32,000 bases of DNA from Candidatus Electrothrix yaqonensis (GTDB lineage: Bacteria; Desulfobacterota; Desulfobulbia; Desulfobulbales; Desulfobulbaceae). The stretch spans positions 1,440,001-1,472,000 of the forward strand of contig CP178758.1 of NCBI GenBank assembly GCA_047651235.1, given 5' to 3'. How positions within the stretch are numbered: the first letter of the stretch is position 1; each line of letters starts with the position of its first letter. Position numbers and translations under genes: made by a program. Of the stretch, positions 9,740 to 19,809 are shown piece by piece. The notes beneath the pieces were generated by a model, which was given only the letters and a program-made list of their open reading frames with translations, was not told the DNA's origin and did not search any database.

Positions 9740-10591
9740 CTATCTGAACTCTTTCTTTTTTCGTTCAATCACCAGCAGATTCTCCAGAGTCCGAAAATCC
9801 ACAGCCGGAACCACATCAATCTCCAGGAACATACCCCGCCGCTTTCTGGTTACCCTGGAGACGATACCGACAGGAAGGCCGGTGGGAAACATGCCGCCAT
9901 ACCCTGCAGTGACGACCCGGTCACCTTCGAAGACCTCGGCTGTCTTTAAAACATATTCAAGCCGATACAGATTATCTCCGGTTCCCTTGAGAATTCCCCG
10001 TATCCGTGATCTCTGCAGAAGGACATCAATAGCGCTTGACGGGGCAATGGCGAGCAGCACCTTGGAATAATCGGCTGATGAAGCATATATCTGCCCGACA
10101 ATGCCCTCGCCGGTGACCACAGGCATCCCCTTGTCCACACCGTCGGCAGTTCCCCGGTCAATAATAACGCTGCGGAACCAGAGCGAAGGATCTTTGCCGA
10201 TAATCCGGGCCGTGACAGTAGGCTGATTCGATGATTCCTTGAAATCAAGCAGTTTGCGCAGGCGGGCATTCAGCGCAACAGCCTCCCGGTTGGCATAGGC
10301 CGTAGCCCGGCATTCCTGCAGTTCCCGCCACAGGCGTTCTTTTTCTTCCCGGACAGTGAGCAGATCTACGTATTTTTTTTTGACAGAATGCACGGAACGA
10401 CCGACCCTCGCCGCCCCTTTCTGCAGAGGCCCTGCCAGCTGAAAAAGCAGTTTATGCGCTGGCCCGAACTGCTGGTCACCCAGAATAATGGTCAGCAGAA
10501 TCAGGCTGACGGTCAGCACTGCTCCACAGAACAGGACGGAACGAAATGTCCTTGCCCCGCTCCTGTCTTTCCTGCGGGTATTTCTCTTCAT
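9740..10591 (-). CDS. mreC: Rod-shape-determining protein MreC
   Basis: The 283-aa protein has an N-terminal TM segment, a coiled-coil region and MreC beta-barrel motifs (GMPVVTGEGIVGQI, GDRVVTAGYGGMFPTGLPVG). Confidence 0.85.
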   Translation of the reverse strand: MKRNTRRKDRSGARTFRSVLFCGAVLTVSLILLTIILGDQQFGPAHKLLFQLAGPLQKGAARVGRSVHSVKKKYVDLLTVREEKERLWRELQECRATAYANREAVALNARLRKLLDFKESSNQPTVTARIIGKDPSLWFRSVIIDRGTADGVDKGMPVVTGEGIVGQIYASSADYSKVLLAIAPSSAIDVLLQRSRIRGILKGTGDNLYRLEYVLKTAEVFEGDRVVTAGYGGMFPTGLPVGIVSRVTRKRRGMFLEIDVVPAVDFRTLENLLVIERKKKEFR

Positions 10592-10649
10592 CTGACTGCA
10601 GCAGAATCAGCCCGGCAACAGTTGTCGGCCGATTACCCCGACGATAGAC

Positions 10650-11693
<1,044 letters not shown>

Positions 11694-11925
11694 TCACCTA
11701 TACAAAATCGTTTTGAATAAACTTCGGAACCTGCATACTGATCGCCCGCGATGCGGCAAAAATCCTGTCTCTTCATAACAGGAAATTCCTTCCGTATCCT
11801 GCCCTCCTCAACGGGCGGTATCTTCAATATGCTACCAGCAAAGCCGGGCATTGGCAATCTTAATAGAGCTGCTCTCTGAAAAAAACATAAAAAAGAACCT
11901 CCTGTCATTTCAGGAAAGGTTCTCC

Positions 11926-11955
11926 TTGACAGGGCAGGAAACAATAGAGTATATT
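11926..11955 (+). promoter_or_regulatory. Candidate sigma-70 promoter for tRNA-Ala
   Basis: TTGACA (11926-11931), an 18-nt spacer, then TATATT (11950-11955), ending 17 nt before the tRNA 5' end. Confidence 0.45.
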
Positions 11956-11972
11956 CTGCTCCAGAATTGATA

Positions 11973-12048
<76 letters not shown>

Positions 12049-12056
12049 AAATATAA

Positions 12057-12101
12057 GGGGTGATTACTGTAACACTGCACTGTTATGTCCCCCCCTTTTT
12101 T
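12057..12101 (+). terminator. Possible intrinsic terminator after tRNA-Ala
   Basis: A GGGG run (12057-12060) could pair with a 7-C run (12089-12095). There is an inner TAACA/TGTTA stem, and TTTTTT follows at 12096-12101. The stem is irregular. Confidence 0.3.
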
Positions 12102-12319
12102 CTGTTTCAGGAATAATTTCTTCTTCCTGCCCCCCCCCTTTTCATTATTGCTCCTCCTTTGAATGTTGTTCGTTTATTATTCATTTTATCGACATAATCG
12201 TAGTAACTGTTCTTTTTTGTCGTAACTGTAACGGGCTTTACTTCGCTTCTTTTTACCCCCGCTATATTTTATTCCTGCAGTTTACTGCAATAAAGCATAA
12301 AAGATGGATAAAGATCAAA

Positions 12320-12335
12320 TGGCACAACTGTTGCA
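12320..12335 (+). promoter_or_regulatory. Sigma-54 (-24/-12) promoter
   Basis: TGGCACAACTGTTGCA matches the RpoN consensus TGGCAC-N5-TTGCA exactly. It lies 43 nt upstream of the ATG at 12378, with an AAGGAG Shine-Dalgarno in between. Confidence 0.7.
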
Positions 12336-12377
12336 TTCTTAAAAGGTATTCAACACATTCGCAAGGAGCAGCAAGCC

Positions 12378-13745
12378 ATGAGCAAGAATCATCCTGACTA
12401 TATTTCCACCACCAACGCCTGTAAACTCTGCAAACCGCTGGGGGCCTGTCTGGCCTTCAAGGGCATTGAGGGCACGGTGCCGTATCTGCACGGCTCCCAG
12501 GGCTGCGCGACCTACATGCGCCGCTATATCATCAGCCATTATAACGAACCCATTGACATTGCCTCGTCCTCGTTGTCCGAGAAAAATGCCATCTACGGCG
12601 GCGGACCGAACCTCAAGCTGGGCCTGACCAATGTAGCAAAAAAATACCAGCCGGCCATGATCGGCATTGCCACCACCTGTCTGACCGAGACCATCGGTGA
12701 TGACGTGCCTATGATTCTGCGCGAATACGCCAAGGATACTGCAGGATCAGAGGGGTTGCCTGCCTTTGTCAACGCCTCCACGCCGAGCTATTCCGGCACC
12801 CATATGGAGGGGTTTCATGCGGCAGTTCAGCAGGTTATTGCTCAGCAGGCCAGGGGTGGTCCGCGAACCAGGACCGTCAATCTGCTGCCCGGTTTTGTTT
12901 CGTCGGCAGATTATCGGCTGCTCAGAGAAATTATGGCGGATTTCGGCCTGGACTGCACCATGCTGCCGGACCTCTCTGAAACCATGGACCGACCGGCCCT
13001 GCTGGAGTACGAAAAGGTTGCTGAGGGCGGGACACCGCTGGCCGCAATAGCAGAAATGGGACGCAGTCAGGCCACTATTGAATTCGGCCGGACCCTGGGG
13101 TCGGGAAAGGCAGCAAGTGGCGGGTTGGTTCTGGAGAAAAAATTCAGCATGAAAAACCACCATCTTGGTATGCCCATCGGGATTGAGGAGACGGACCGCT
13201 TCTTTGCTCTGCTTTCCAGCCTGAGCGGCTCTCCTGTCCCGGAAAAATACAGCAAAGAGCGCGGGCGGCTGGTGGATGCCTACGTGGACGGACATAAATA
13301 TGTATTCGGTAAAAAGGCCATTGTCTATGGCGAAGAAGACCTGGTGGTCGGCCTGACCGCTTTTCTGGCCGAGATCGGCATTTTTCCGGTACTCTGCGCC
13401 TCCGGAGGGACGTCCGGGAGGCTGGCCGAGGCCATTGCCGAGGTGACTGGCGACATTCTTCAGAAACAGCCTACTATCCACGAAGGTGTTGATTTCTTTG
13501 ATATCGCGGAAATAGCGGAGACCTTGGAGCCGGACCTGCTGGTGGGCCATTCTAAAGGCTATCCTCTGGCCCGGAAACTGAACATCCCGCTGATCCGGGT
13601 CGGTTTTCCTATCCATGACCGGGTGGGCGGCCAGCGTGTACTGCACCTCAGCTACAGCGGCGCGCAGCAGCTTTTTGACAGAGTTGCCAATGCGCTGATC
13701 GCCAAAAAACAGGCGGATTCCGACGTAGGGTATTCGTACATGTAA
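12378..13745 (+). CDS. Nitrogenase component 1-type oxidoreductase family protein (NifN/NifK beta-type), stand-alone
   Basis: The 455-aa N-terminus CKLCKPLGACLAFKGIEGTVPYLHGSQGCATYMRRY matches the conserved ACQPLGA...G...LPxxHGSQGCxAYxR block of NifN/NifK-like subunits. No partner subunit gene is adjacent. Confidence 0.75.
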   Translation: MSKNHPDYISTTNACKLCKPLGACLAFKGIEGTVPYLHGSQGCATYMRRYIISHYNEPIDIASSSLSEKNAIYGGGPNLKLGLTNVAKKYQPAMIGIATTCLTETIGDDVPMILREYAKDTAGSEGLPAFVNASTPSYSGTHMEGFHAAVQQVIAQQARGGPRTRTVNLLPGFVSSADYRLLREIMADFGLDCTMLPDLSETMDRPALLEYEKVAEGGTPLAAIAEMGRSQATIEFGRTLGSGKAASGGLVLEKKFSMKNHHLGMPIGIEETDRFFALLSSLSGSPVPEKYSKERGRLVDAYVDGHKYVFGKKAIVYGEEDLVVGLTAFLAEIGIFPVLCASGGTSGRLAEAIAEVTGDILQKQPTIHEGVDFFDIAEIAETLEPDLLVGHSKGYPLARKLNIPLIRVGFPIHDRVGGQRVLHLSYSGAQQLFDRVANALIAKKQADSDVGYSYM

Positions 13746-13841
13746 AACAGAAGCTGGCTGGAGGCAATGGGCGATAGTTTTCCTCCGCTTCCGGTCAGCA
13801 TTTTCATCATAATTAACCTAAATTGTTTTTCAAAACAGATT

Positions 13842-14555
13842 CTAAGGCAAAGTTCTTTTCAGAAGAAGAAAATATACTGCTGGACATGCTGTGCATGTGG
13901 TCTCACTTTGATCACCAGAGCCGGTGTAAATATATGCTCCGGCCTTAGAGCTTATGACCGCAGTATCACCGGATATAGACACAGAATGACCAAAATGGTT
14001 AAATGGTTCTCCGTCAAAAGCGGTAAGTTCATGCTGTAGGTTCCAGATGGTACCTGACCTAGTAAAAACATAGCTCCAGCCGCCAGTAGAACTGTTACCG
14101 GTATTATCATCTCCCGGGGCTCCGACTACAAGAGTGTCGTCATCCAGCGATACAGAAGACCCGAAAAAATTGGAACCATAGAAGTCATATGGAGGAACTG
14201 TGATTTTTCGCTGTAGATTCCAGACAGTGCCTGATCGGGTAAAAACGTGGACAGAGCCGCTGTAATTGAGTTCGCTATCGATGTATTCGCTATCGCAAGG
14301 ATTACCCAGTACAATAGTGTCTTTGTCTATGGATACGTCACCGGAAGAGAATTCTGGTGCCTCAAAGGTAAGTTTCTGCTGTTGACTCCAGCTGTCGCCC
14401 GAACGGGTAAACACATAAGCAGAGTCAGATGATTTTACAACAGCGGTATCGCCGGACACGGATACAGAACCTCCAACCGCAAGTTTTGCCTGCTTAATCC
14501 AGGAACTTCCGGAACGAACAAAAATACAGGCAGGACCTGCCCCTCCTATAATCAC
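13842..14555 (-). pseudogene. FG-GAP/integrin-alpha-like repeat protein, 5'-truncated at the 107-bp repeat
   Basis: It contains tandem units of about 60 aa of the type GxSVSxxGDTxVVGAPxxxxxxGxxYVFTRSGxxWxxQxKL. The frame has no credible start or signal peptide and runs straight into the repeat at 14558; the frame read through the repeat hits a stop. Confidence 0.5.
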
Positions 14556-14557
14556 TG

Positions 14558-14664
14558 TATAGCTGGAGCAGTATAAACTGAATACAGGATCAGCTATCTG
14601 AAAGGCGTGAAGGCAAAACTTATGCCTCTTGTGGGCATATTCAAATTATGTTGCTCCAGCTATA
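14558..14664. repeat. 107-bp MITE-like element, copy 1
   Basis: It is identical by eye at all 107 positions to 20398-20504, in the same orientation. The perfect 13-bp terminal inverted repeat TATAGCTGGAGCA/TGCTCCAGCTATA extends imperfectly to about 27 bp. There is an internal AGGCA/TGCCT hairpin and no coding capacity. Confidence 0.85.
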
Positions 14665-14719
14665 TGCAGTAACTCTTCCACTTTCCTGCATGATCAGGAC
14701 ACGCTTCACAGATCAATGA

Positions 14720-15244
14720 TCAATCGATCCAATCTACCTGCTCAATTTCCTCTCTGCCGTTTGCAGCTTCCTGTTCCGCCAGCAGTTCCGCAACTGTCTT
14801 TTTCTGTACCGGATGCAGTACGTCCGGCGCGATTTCCGTCAAAGGTACCAGGACAAACAGCCGTTCATGCATTGCCGGATGCGGGAGTGTCAGGCGGCAT
14901 TCGGTTCTTATCTCATCATCAAAGAGGAGCAGGTCAAGATCAAGGGGCCTGTCCTGATAACCTGATTGCTCCGGCTGGCGGATTCTGCCGAACTGCTGCT
15001 CTGTCCGAAGGAGGATTTCCAGTAGGGTATTCGGCGTCAGTGACGTGTGCATGCAGCCGACTGCATTGATGAACCAATACGGGCTGTCCATATCCACCGG
15101 TCGGGTACGGTAGGGGGAGGAAAGAGCTGTCAGCATAATCTCCGGATATTTCTCCAAAGAGAGCCAGGCATCATGCAGCAGCCTTCGGGAACTGCCGAGG
15201 TTGGAGCCGAGACCGATATAAGCGGAATGGGATATGTTGTTCAC
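14720..15244 (-). CDS. folK: 2-amino-4-hydroxy-6-hydroxymethyldihydropteridine diphosphokinase (HPPK)
   Basis: The 174-aa ORF carries HPPK motifs AYIGLGSNLG, SSPYRTRP, YWFINAV, DRPLDLDLLLF and LPHPAMHERLFVLVPL. Confidence 0.85.
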   Translation of the reverse strand: MNNISHSAYIGLGSNLGSSRRLLHDAWLSLEKYPEIMLTALSSPYRTRPVDMDSPYWFINAVGCMHTSLTPNTLLEILLRTEQQFGRIRQPEQSGYQDRPLDLDLLLFDDEIRTECRLTLPHPAMHERLFVLVPLTEIAPDVLHPVQKKTVAELLAEQEAANGREEIEQVDWID

Positions 15245-15843
15245 AGAGCTGGAAGAAATGACCGGAGCCTGTCTGTTGTTGTCGGGACTGAAAATTTCAG
15301 GAGGGTATTTTTATTCATGTTGGCTCAGGAGGTCAAGAGGATTCTTTCGGAATGAACGGGCAGTTCCGGGAGCGCCCGGTAAGCGAAAAAAAGACTGAGG
15401 CAGGCAATCCGGCCGGAACTGCTTGCGTAACGACATTACGATTTTGTATAGAGAGGCGGGTGCGATTAAAAGTGCGGTTTGAATAATTATCCAGAGGTTG
15501 CCTGACTATGCTTCTGCTGCAGTATTTTTTTTCCAACAGGAAACAGAAACGACACCAGTCGCTGCTCTCCTGAATGATATAAGGAGACAGAGAGAATGCG
15601 TCGATCCGGAAAACCGGATGCTGCCGGATCCAGTCCTGCTCTTCCGGCGTCAGTGCGGGCGACGAGCTGCCAGTCACCGAAACCGCTCCGGCATAATTCA
15701 ATGTACTACCGGGCTAAAGCCGGTAGATTGCTTTACGCGTAAACGCATTTTAAGGCTGAAGCCATCTGAACTGACCGGATAAATCCGACTGAAGTTCAGA
15801 GTTTCAGGGCTTCGGATCGGATTCATCCCAAATCTTAAAAGAT

Positions 15844-16090
15844 TCAGGGGGAGTCATCCTGGTTTTCAATATACCGTTTTATATGCTCTTCGGTCACCGC
15901 ACCCACTGTTTTGCTCCGAAATATCCGCATGACCACAAATGGCGACCCTAGTATGTTTTGCGCAGGCGGGGAAATTCTCTCTGCAACCGGCAGGAACTTT
16001 TTCCTTTCAGATACTGCGCCATTTTTGCCGGAGAGAGACAAGACGGTGCCAATACCAAGATATGTATATGATTAGATCTTATAGTACCGC
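15844..16090 (-). pseudogene. IS200-type tnpA remnant (C-terminal about 80 codons)
   Basis: The reading is ..HIHILVLAPSCLSPAKMAQYLKGKSSCRLQREFPRLRKTY*GRHLWSCGYF, then a frameshift, then KTVGAVTEEHIKRYIENQ. This matches the HUH-to-C-terminus part of classic IS200 TnpA. A TAG replaces the conserved Trp codon, there is one frameshift, and the N-terminal third is missing. Confidence 0.6.
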
Positions 16091-16168
16091 TGATTTATTG
16101 TTTCAATCGCTATTCAAAACTATGGACTTTAGTCCAAGACTTTTAGTAGACTCTCATTTATGAGGCCT

Positions 16169-17203
16169 TAGACCTCCTGCAGAACTGCCTGTTCTTCTCA
16201 GGCGGTGAGGTTTTTCCCTTTTTCAAAATTTTCCGCTTCAGGCAGCTTTCTTCATTTTCCGTGCCGCAACCTTCATATTCACTATGCCGGATATGATATT
16301 TTTCTTTATATTATGGCCTTTAAGCCTGTTCCGGTATGTTTCCGACATGATTTTAAATACCTTCACCTCTCTTATGACATGCTCAACTTTGATACGTTTT
16401 TTCGATAAATCAAGATTATATGCCTTCTGTTCGGCGGTCAGTTCACCGTTCCGGGGCTTTTTAAAGGGAATTTCGGCGCGCCGGTCATATGCCGCGATTC
16501 CCTGATATCCGCTGTCGGCCTTCTTCGGAATACCGTGAAAACGCTCCCGCCCCTTCTGTTCCTTATATATCCTGAAATCATGAACACTTCCGGGATACGA
16601 CGCCGAAACCGAAAAAATCCGTCCGTCGGGACCGGCGGTAAACTGCGTTCCGAGCGTGTGTTTTCCCTTCTTTCCGCTGTAATACTTCTTCTGTCCTTTC
16701 TTCAGGCGCTGAACCGGCTGCTCCGTCGCATCGATTATCAGGTATTCCGCATCTTCCCGTGTGATTTCACGCTTTTTTTCAATATGAATCACCCGTACCG
16801 CGATTTTTTCCATCCGTTTCACTGCGCGCATCACCGTCGTCTCATCGGAATCGAAGAAAAAACTGAGGAACTCATATGTCACGTAACAACGGTAATAGAT
16901 AAGCGAAGACTTCGCAGGAGCATGGCGAGAAGGTGGTTTTCAGCTCCTTCCAAGTTGTGCTTTCTCCCGCCCTTTTCAAAATTATCTCTCCGCTCTTCCC
17001 ATAAAGGGCGGATCTTTTCCGTCATTCCGTTGAAAAGATCAATATCGACACCGGTCAGACGGCGGAATGTTTCAGGGCGGCGGGAGAGTTTTTCGAATGT
17101 GAGCATGATTTTCAGACCTCCGGGGTTGATAATCGAAAAAGTGACCGAAAAAATATCAGCATCCGCCGTTTCTGTCAAATCACCAAGTTTTGCAGGAGGT
17201 CTA
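16169..17203 (-). mobile_element. IS5-family (DDE_Tnp_4/Harbinger-like) insertion sequence, about 1.03 kb
   Basis: The terminal inverted repeats TAGACCTCCTGCAGAACT (16169-16186) and AGTTTTGCAGGAGGTCTA (17186-17203) match at 17 of 18 positions and enclose the transposase reading frames. Confidence 0.7.
16238..17106 (-). pseudogene. IS5-family DDE transposase split into two frames (orfA 17106-16879, orfB 16882-16238)
   Basis: orfA begins MLTFEKLSRRPETFRRLTGV behind a GGAGGT Shine-Dalgarno. orfB carries the DDE triad context (IIDATE, GSVHDF, IKVEHVIREVK). The frames differ by -1 near 16885-16900, where LLAMLLRSLRL in one frame continues as IYYRCYVTYEF in the other. Confidence 0.65.
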
Positions 17204-17292
17204 TTGACCCGTGCGCAGGATGTGCTCAAGGCGGTGCCCGTCACGATGGCGGCTGCCCTGCCTGTGGGTGATTTGCTGGGCAAGGCCCTAAT

Positions 17293-17462
17293 CTGGTGTG
17301 GGAAGATGGCGGGGATGTGAGGGCTGCCTTTCTTTCTTGTCCCGAAGGGACAGCCGATAATAGCCCCGTGATTTATCGCGGGGCATACAGCAATTGCGGC
17401 AGCAGACTCAAGGCCCAGAGTTGAAACTCTGGGCTATGTTCGCATCGTCCCTCCGGGACGGG
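17293..17462. repeat. Hairpin-rich REP-like repeat block, left of the RayT-like gene (module order A-C-B)
   Basis: Module A is GGTGTGGGAAGATGGCGGGGATGTGAGGGCT. Module C is TTGTCCCGAAGGGACAGCCGATAATAGCCCCGTGATTTATCGCGGGG. Module B is CCCAGAGTTGAAACTCTGGGCTATGTTCG..TCCCTCCGGGACGG. Each recurs with a few substitutions at 18169-18320. Confidence 0.75.
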
Positions 17463-17485
17463 GGGATTCTTCCGTGCCTGTTCTG

Positions 17486-17938
17486 CTATCCGAACACATG
17501 TCGTTCATCGTATTCGGCCCGATGTTTTTTCAGCAACAGCAGGAATTCCTCTTCAAAGGAGCTGAAACGATGGTGTTCCTGCTGATTGTCGATATACGCG
17601 ATTATCCTTTCAAGCTGAGAAACACTGACGCTGAATGCGCCGTATCCTTCCTGCCAGAAAAAATGTCGGTGCTGAGGAAAGGTGTCGTGAATCCATTTGG
17701 AGGAATTGCCCTTGATGAGCTGAACCGTCTTGGCCACGGACAGGGTTGCCGGGAGGGAAACGAGCTGATGAATATGATCTTCCGTGCCGCCGACACGCAA
17801 GGACGCCATGTTATGTTTCCGTGCTGTTCCGCTGATATATTTGAACAGACGTTCACGGATGTCCGATGTGATCCAGGGTTCCCGACCTTTGGTGCTGAAC
17901 ACATAATGGATATGGCAACTGATATATGAATGCGACAT
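17486..17938 (-). CDS. tnpA: IS200/IS605-superfamily Y1 (HUH) transposase, RayT-like (COG1943 type), apparently intact
   Basis: The 150-aa ORF has the HUH motif EDHIHQLV, the SSKWI...FFWQEGYGAFSVS block, the catalytic-Tyr region IAYIDNQQEHH and the characteristic tail SFEEEFLLLLKKHRAEYDERHVF. Confidence 0.8.
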   Translation of the reverse strand: MSHSYISCHIHYVFSTKGREPWITSDIRERLFKYISGTARKHNMASLRVGGTEDHIHQLVSLPATLSVAKTVQLIKGNSSKWIHDTFPQHRHFFWQEGYGAFSVSVSQLERIIAYIDNQQEHHRFSSFEEEFLLLLKKHRAEYDERHVFG

Positions 17939-18168
17939 GACTTCCTCCTTTTTCTGTCTGCTTCTTCAGAGTGCTGTACCGGCTTTTTCGTGTTGCAGGG
18001 ATATCGAATTATATGGTTCTCTGTGCTTTGCCAATGCGACCGACACGGCAGGATTTTTCCGGGATTGATAAAGGCAAGAATACCTCTGACTGCAGCCGCT
18101 GTCAAACAACCGGCTCGGAATGCGGAACAAGGGGGGCGGCATCAAAACACCGCCCAGAGTGAGGTTGA

Positions 18169-18320
18169 CTTGGTGCGGAAAGATGGCGGGAATGTGAGGG
18201 CTTGCGTTCCACGCCCCAGGGTTGAAACCCTGGGCTATGTTCGGTGCCGTCTCTCCGGGACGGTCTTTCTTCCTTGTCCCGGAGGGACAGCCGATAATAG
18301 CCCCGTGATTTATCGCGGGG
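18169..18320. repeat. Hairpin-rich REP-like repeat block, right of the RayT-like gene (module order A-B-C)
   Basis: It has the same three modules as 17293-17462, in the same orientation, but with B and C swapped. Hairpins include CCCAGGG-ttgaaa-CCCTGGG, GTCCC-gga-GGGAC and CCCCGTG-attta-TCGCGGGG. Confidence 0.75.
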
Positions 18321-18342
18321 TGTGAATGCAGAGGATAATGGT

Positions 18343-19698
18343 ATGGATAATCGATTTGAAAACAAAGGAAAAGATCTGAACATCGGCCAAGGTGATGGGG
18401 CTATAGGCAAGCAGGTTAACAACTACGGCATCTCTCCAGAGGTCTTTGCCCAATATAGAGCCGACCTTGCAGTTACGGACACGGCCCTGAGCAGATTTTT
18501 TCGTATATTGGAAGAACAACAGGTACCCCGTAGCGACTTGGATAGCAGGTTACGGGAGATTGCCGCTACTCACAAGGAACTGCTTACCCGGCTGGAAACT
18601 GTGAAGTCCCACGACCCAGAGGTGGTACGACTGAAGAAAGAGGCACGTCAGGCTATTAAGGCCGGCAACTATGCCAAGGCCGAAGAACTGCTGAATCAAG
18701 CCGAGGACCGTGACCTGAAGGCCATTGAGGAGCTGGAGCAGGCCGCCAAACAGCGGCGTATCTCTGCGGCGGAAACCAATGCTGATCAAGCCCGGTTGCA
18801 GGAAATGCAGTTACGCTATGCCAAGGCTGCCGAGTACTGGCAGAAGGTTGCCTCCTTGCTACCACAAGATAGTAAAAAAGAGAGAGCATACTGTCTGAAT
18901 CCAGCAGGCTATGACTTATTCCTCATCGCCCGCTGGAACGAAGCTATGCCCCTGTATGAAAATAGCTTGGACATCTGCCAGGAAATCGGTGAGCAGGCCG
19001 GGGAAGGGACCGCTCTCAACAACATCGGCAGAATTTATGATGCACAGGGAGAATACACTAAGGCTTTACCCATGTAGAGCTTGAGGATTCATCGTAAAAT
19101 CGGCAACAGGGTGATGGAAGGAACAACGCTTAACAATATCGGTCAGATTCACGATACACGGGGCGACTACACCACAGCCCTACTTTTGTATGATCAGAGC
19201 CTGAGCATAAGCTATGAAATAGGTGACCAAGCAGGGGAAGGAATTACACTGAACAATATTGGTCGTATTTACTGCGCATTGGGCTTATATGGTATCGCTC
19301 TATCCTTGCTTAGGCAAAGCCTGATTGTAAGTCAAAATATTGGCGACAAAAAGCAGAAAGGCATTACAATGCACAACCTTAGCCGGATTTATGATAAATG
19401 GGGCGACTACGCCACAGCTATCTCATTATATAAGCAGAGCTTGGAAATTTTTCAAGAAATTGGCAGTCGAGAAGAAGAAGGGGCAACACTGAACAACATT
19501 AGCCAGGTTTACAAGGCGCTGGGCGACCATGATCAAGCCCTGACCTGTTTGGTGCAGAGCCTTGAAATCCGCCGGGAGATTGGTAATCGTACAGGAGAAG
19601 CAGTGACAAGCTGGAATATTGGTCGTGCTTACGAAGATCAGGGCTATTTGAGCAGGGCAGAACAGTATATGAGTCAAGCTGTGGAGTTGGTAAAATAA
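18343..19698 (+). pseudogene. TPR-repeat protein interrupted by a single in-frame TAG (19075-19077)
   Basis: ORFs 18322-19077 and 19081-19698 share one frame. Units of about 40 aa of the type YxQSLxIxxEIGDxxGEGxTLNNIGxIYxxxGDY continue across the stop. An ATG at 18343 is preceded by a GAGGAT Shine-Dalgarno. The N-terminal 170 aa look coiled-coil. Confidence 0.6.
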
Positions 19699-19809
19699 AT
19701 TGGCCTTCCTGGTTTGGAGAAATACCGCAACGAGTTGAAACGAGTCCGCGCCAAGCGACAAGAGAGTTAAAGCAAAAGGTCCCTGATTACTCTGGATCTA
19801 TCCTGTTGG

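Noticed and set aside
12089-12138. Homopolymeric C tracts (7 C and 9 C) downstream of tRNA-Ala, considered as phase-variation switches
   Set aside because: They lie in non-coding DNA more than 180 bp upstream of the sigma-54 promoter and show no spacing relationship to promoter elements. The first is better explained as part of a terminator stem.
12747-13646. 299-aa minus-strand ORF
   Set aside because: It is antisense to the NifN/K-like gene, which has clear family motifs and a Shine-Dalgarno and promoter. No motifs are present in the antisense frame.
15333-15701. 122-aa minus-strand ORF whose first about 45 aa (LTPEEQDWIRQHPVFRIDAF) resemble the start of a periplasmic solute-binding sensor domain
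   Set aside because: Similarity is short and degenerates quickly, there is no convincing start context, and it lies among mobile-element debris. At best it is a gene fragment, so it is not reported as a feature.
16880-16900. Programmed -1 ribosomal frameshift site in the IS5-family transposase
   Set aside because: The direction of the shift fits, but no slippery X-XXY-YYZ heptamer or obvious downstream structure is visible. It is kept only as an alternative in the finding.
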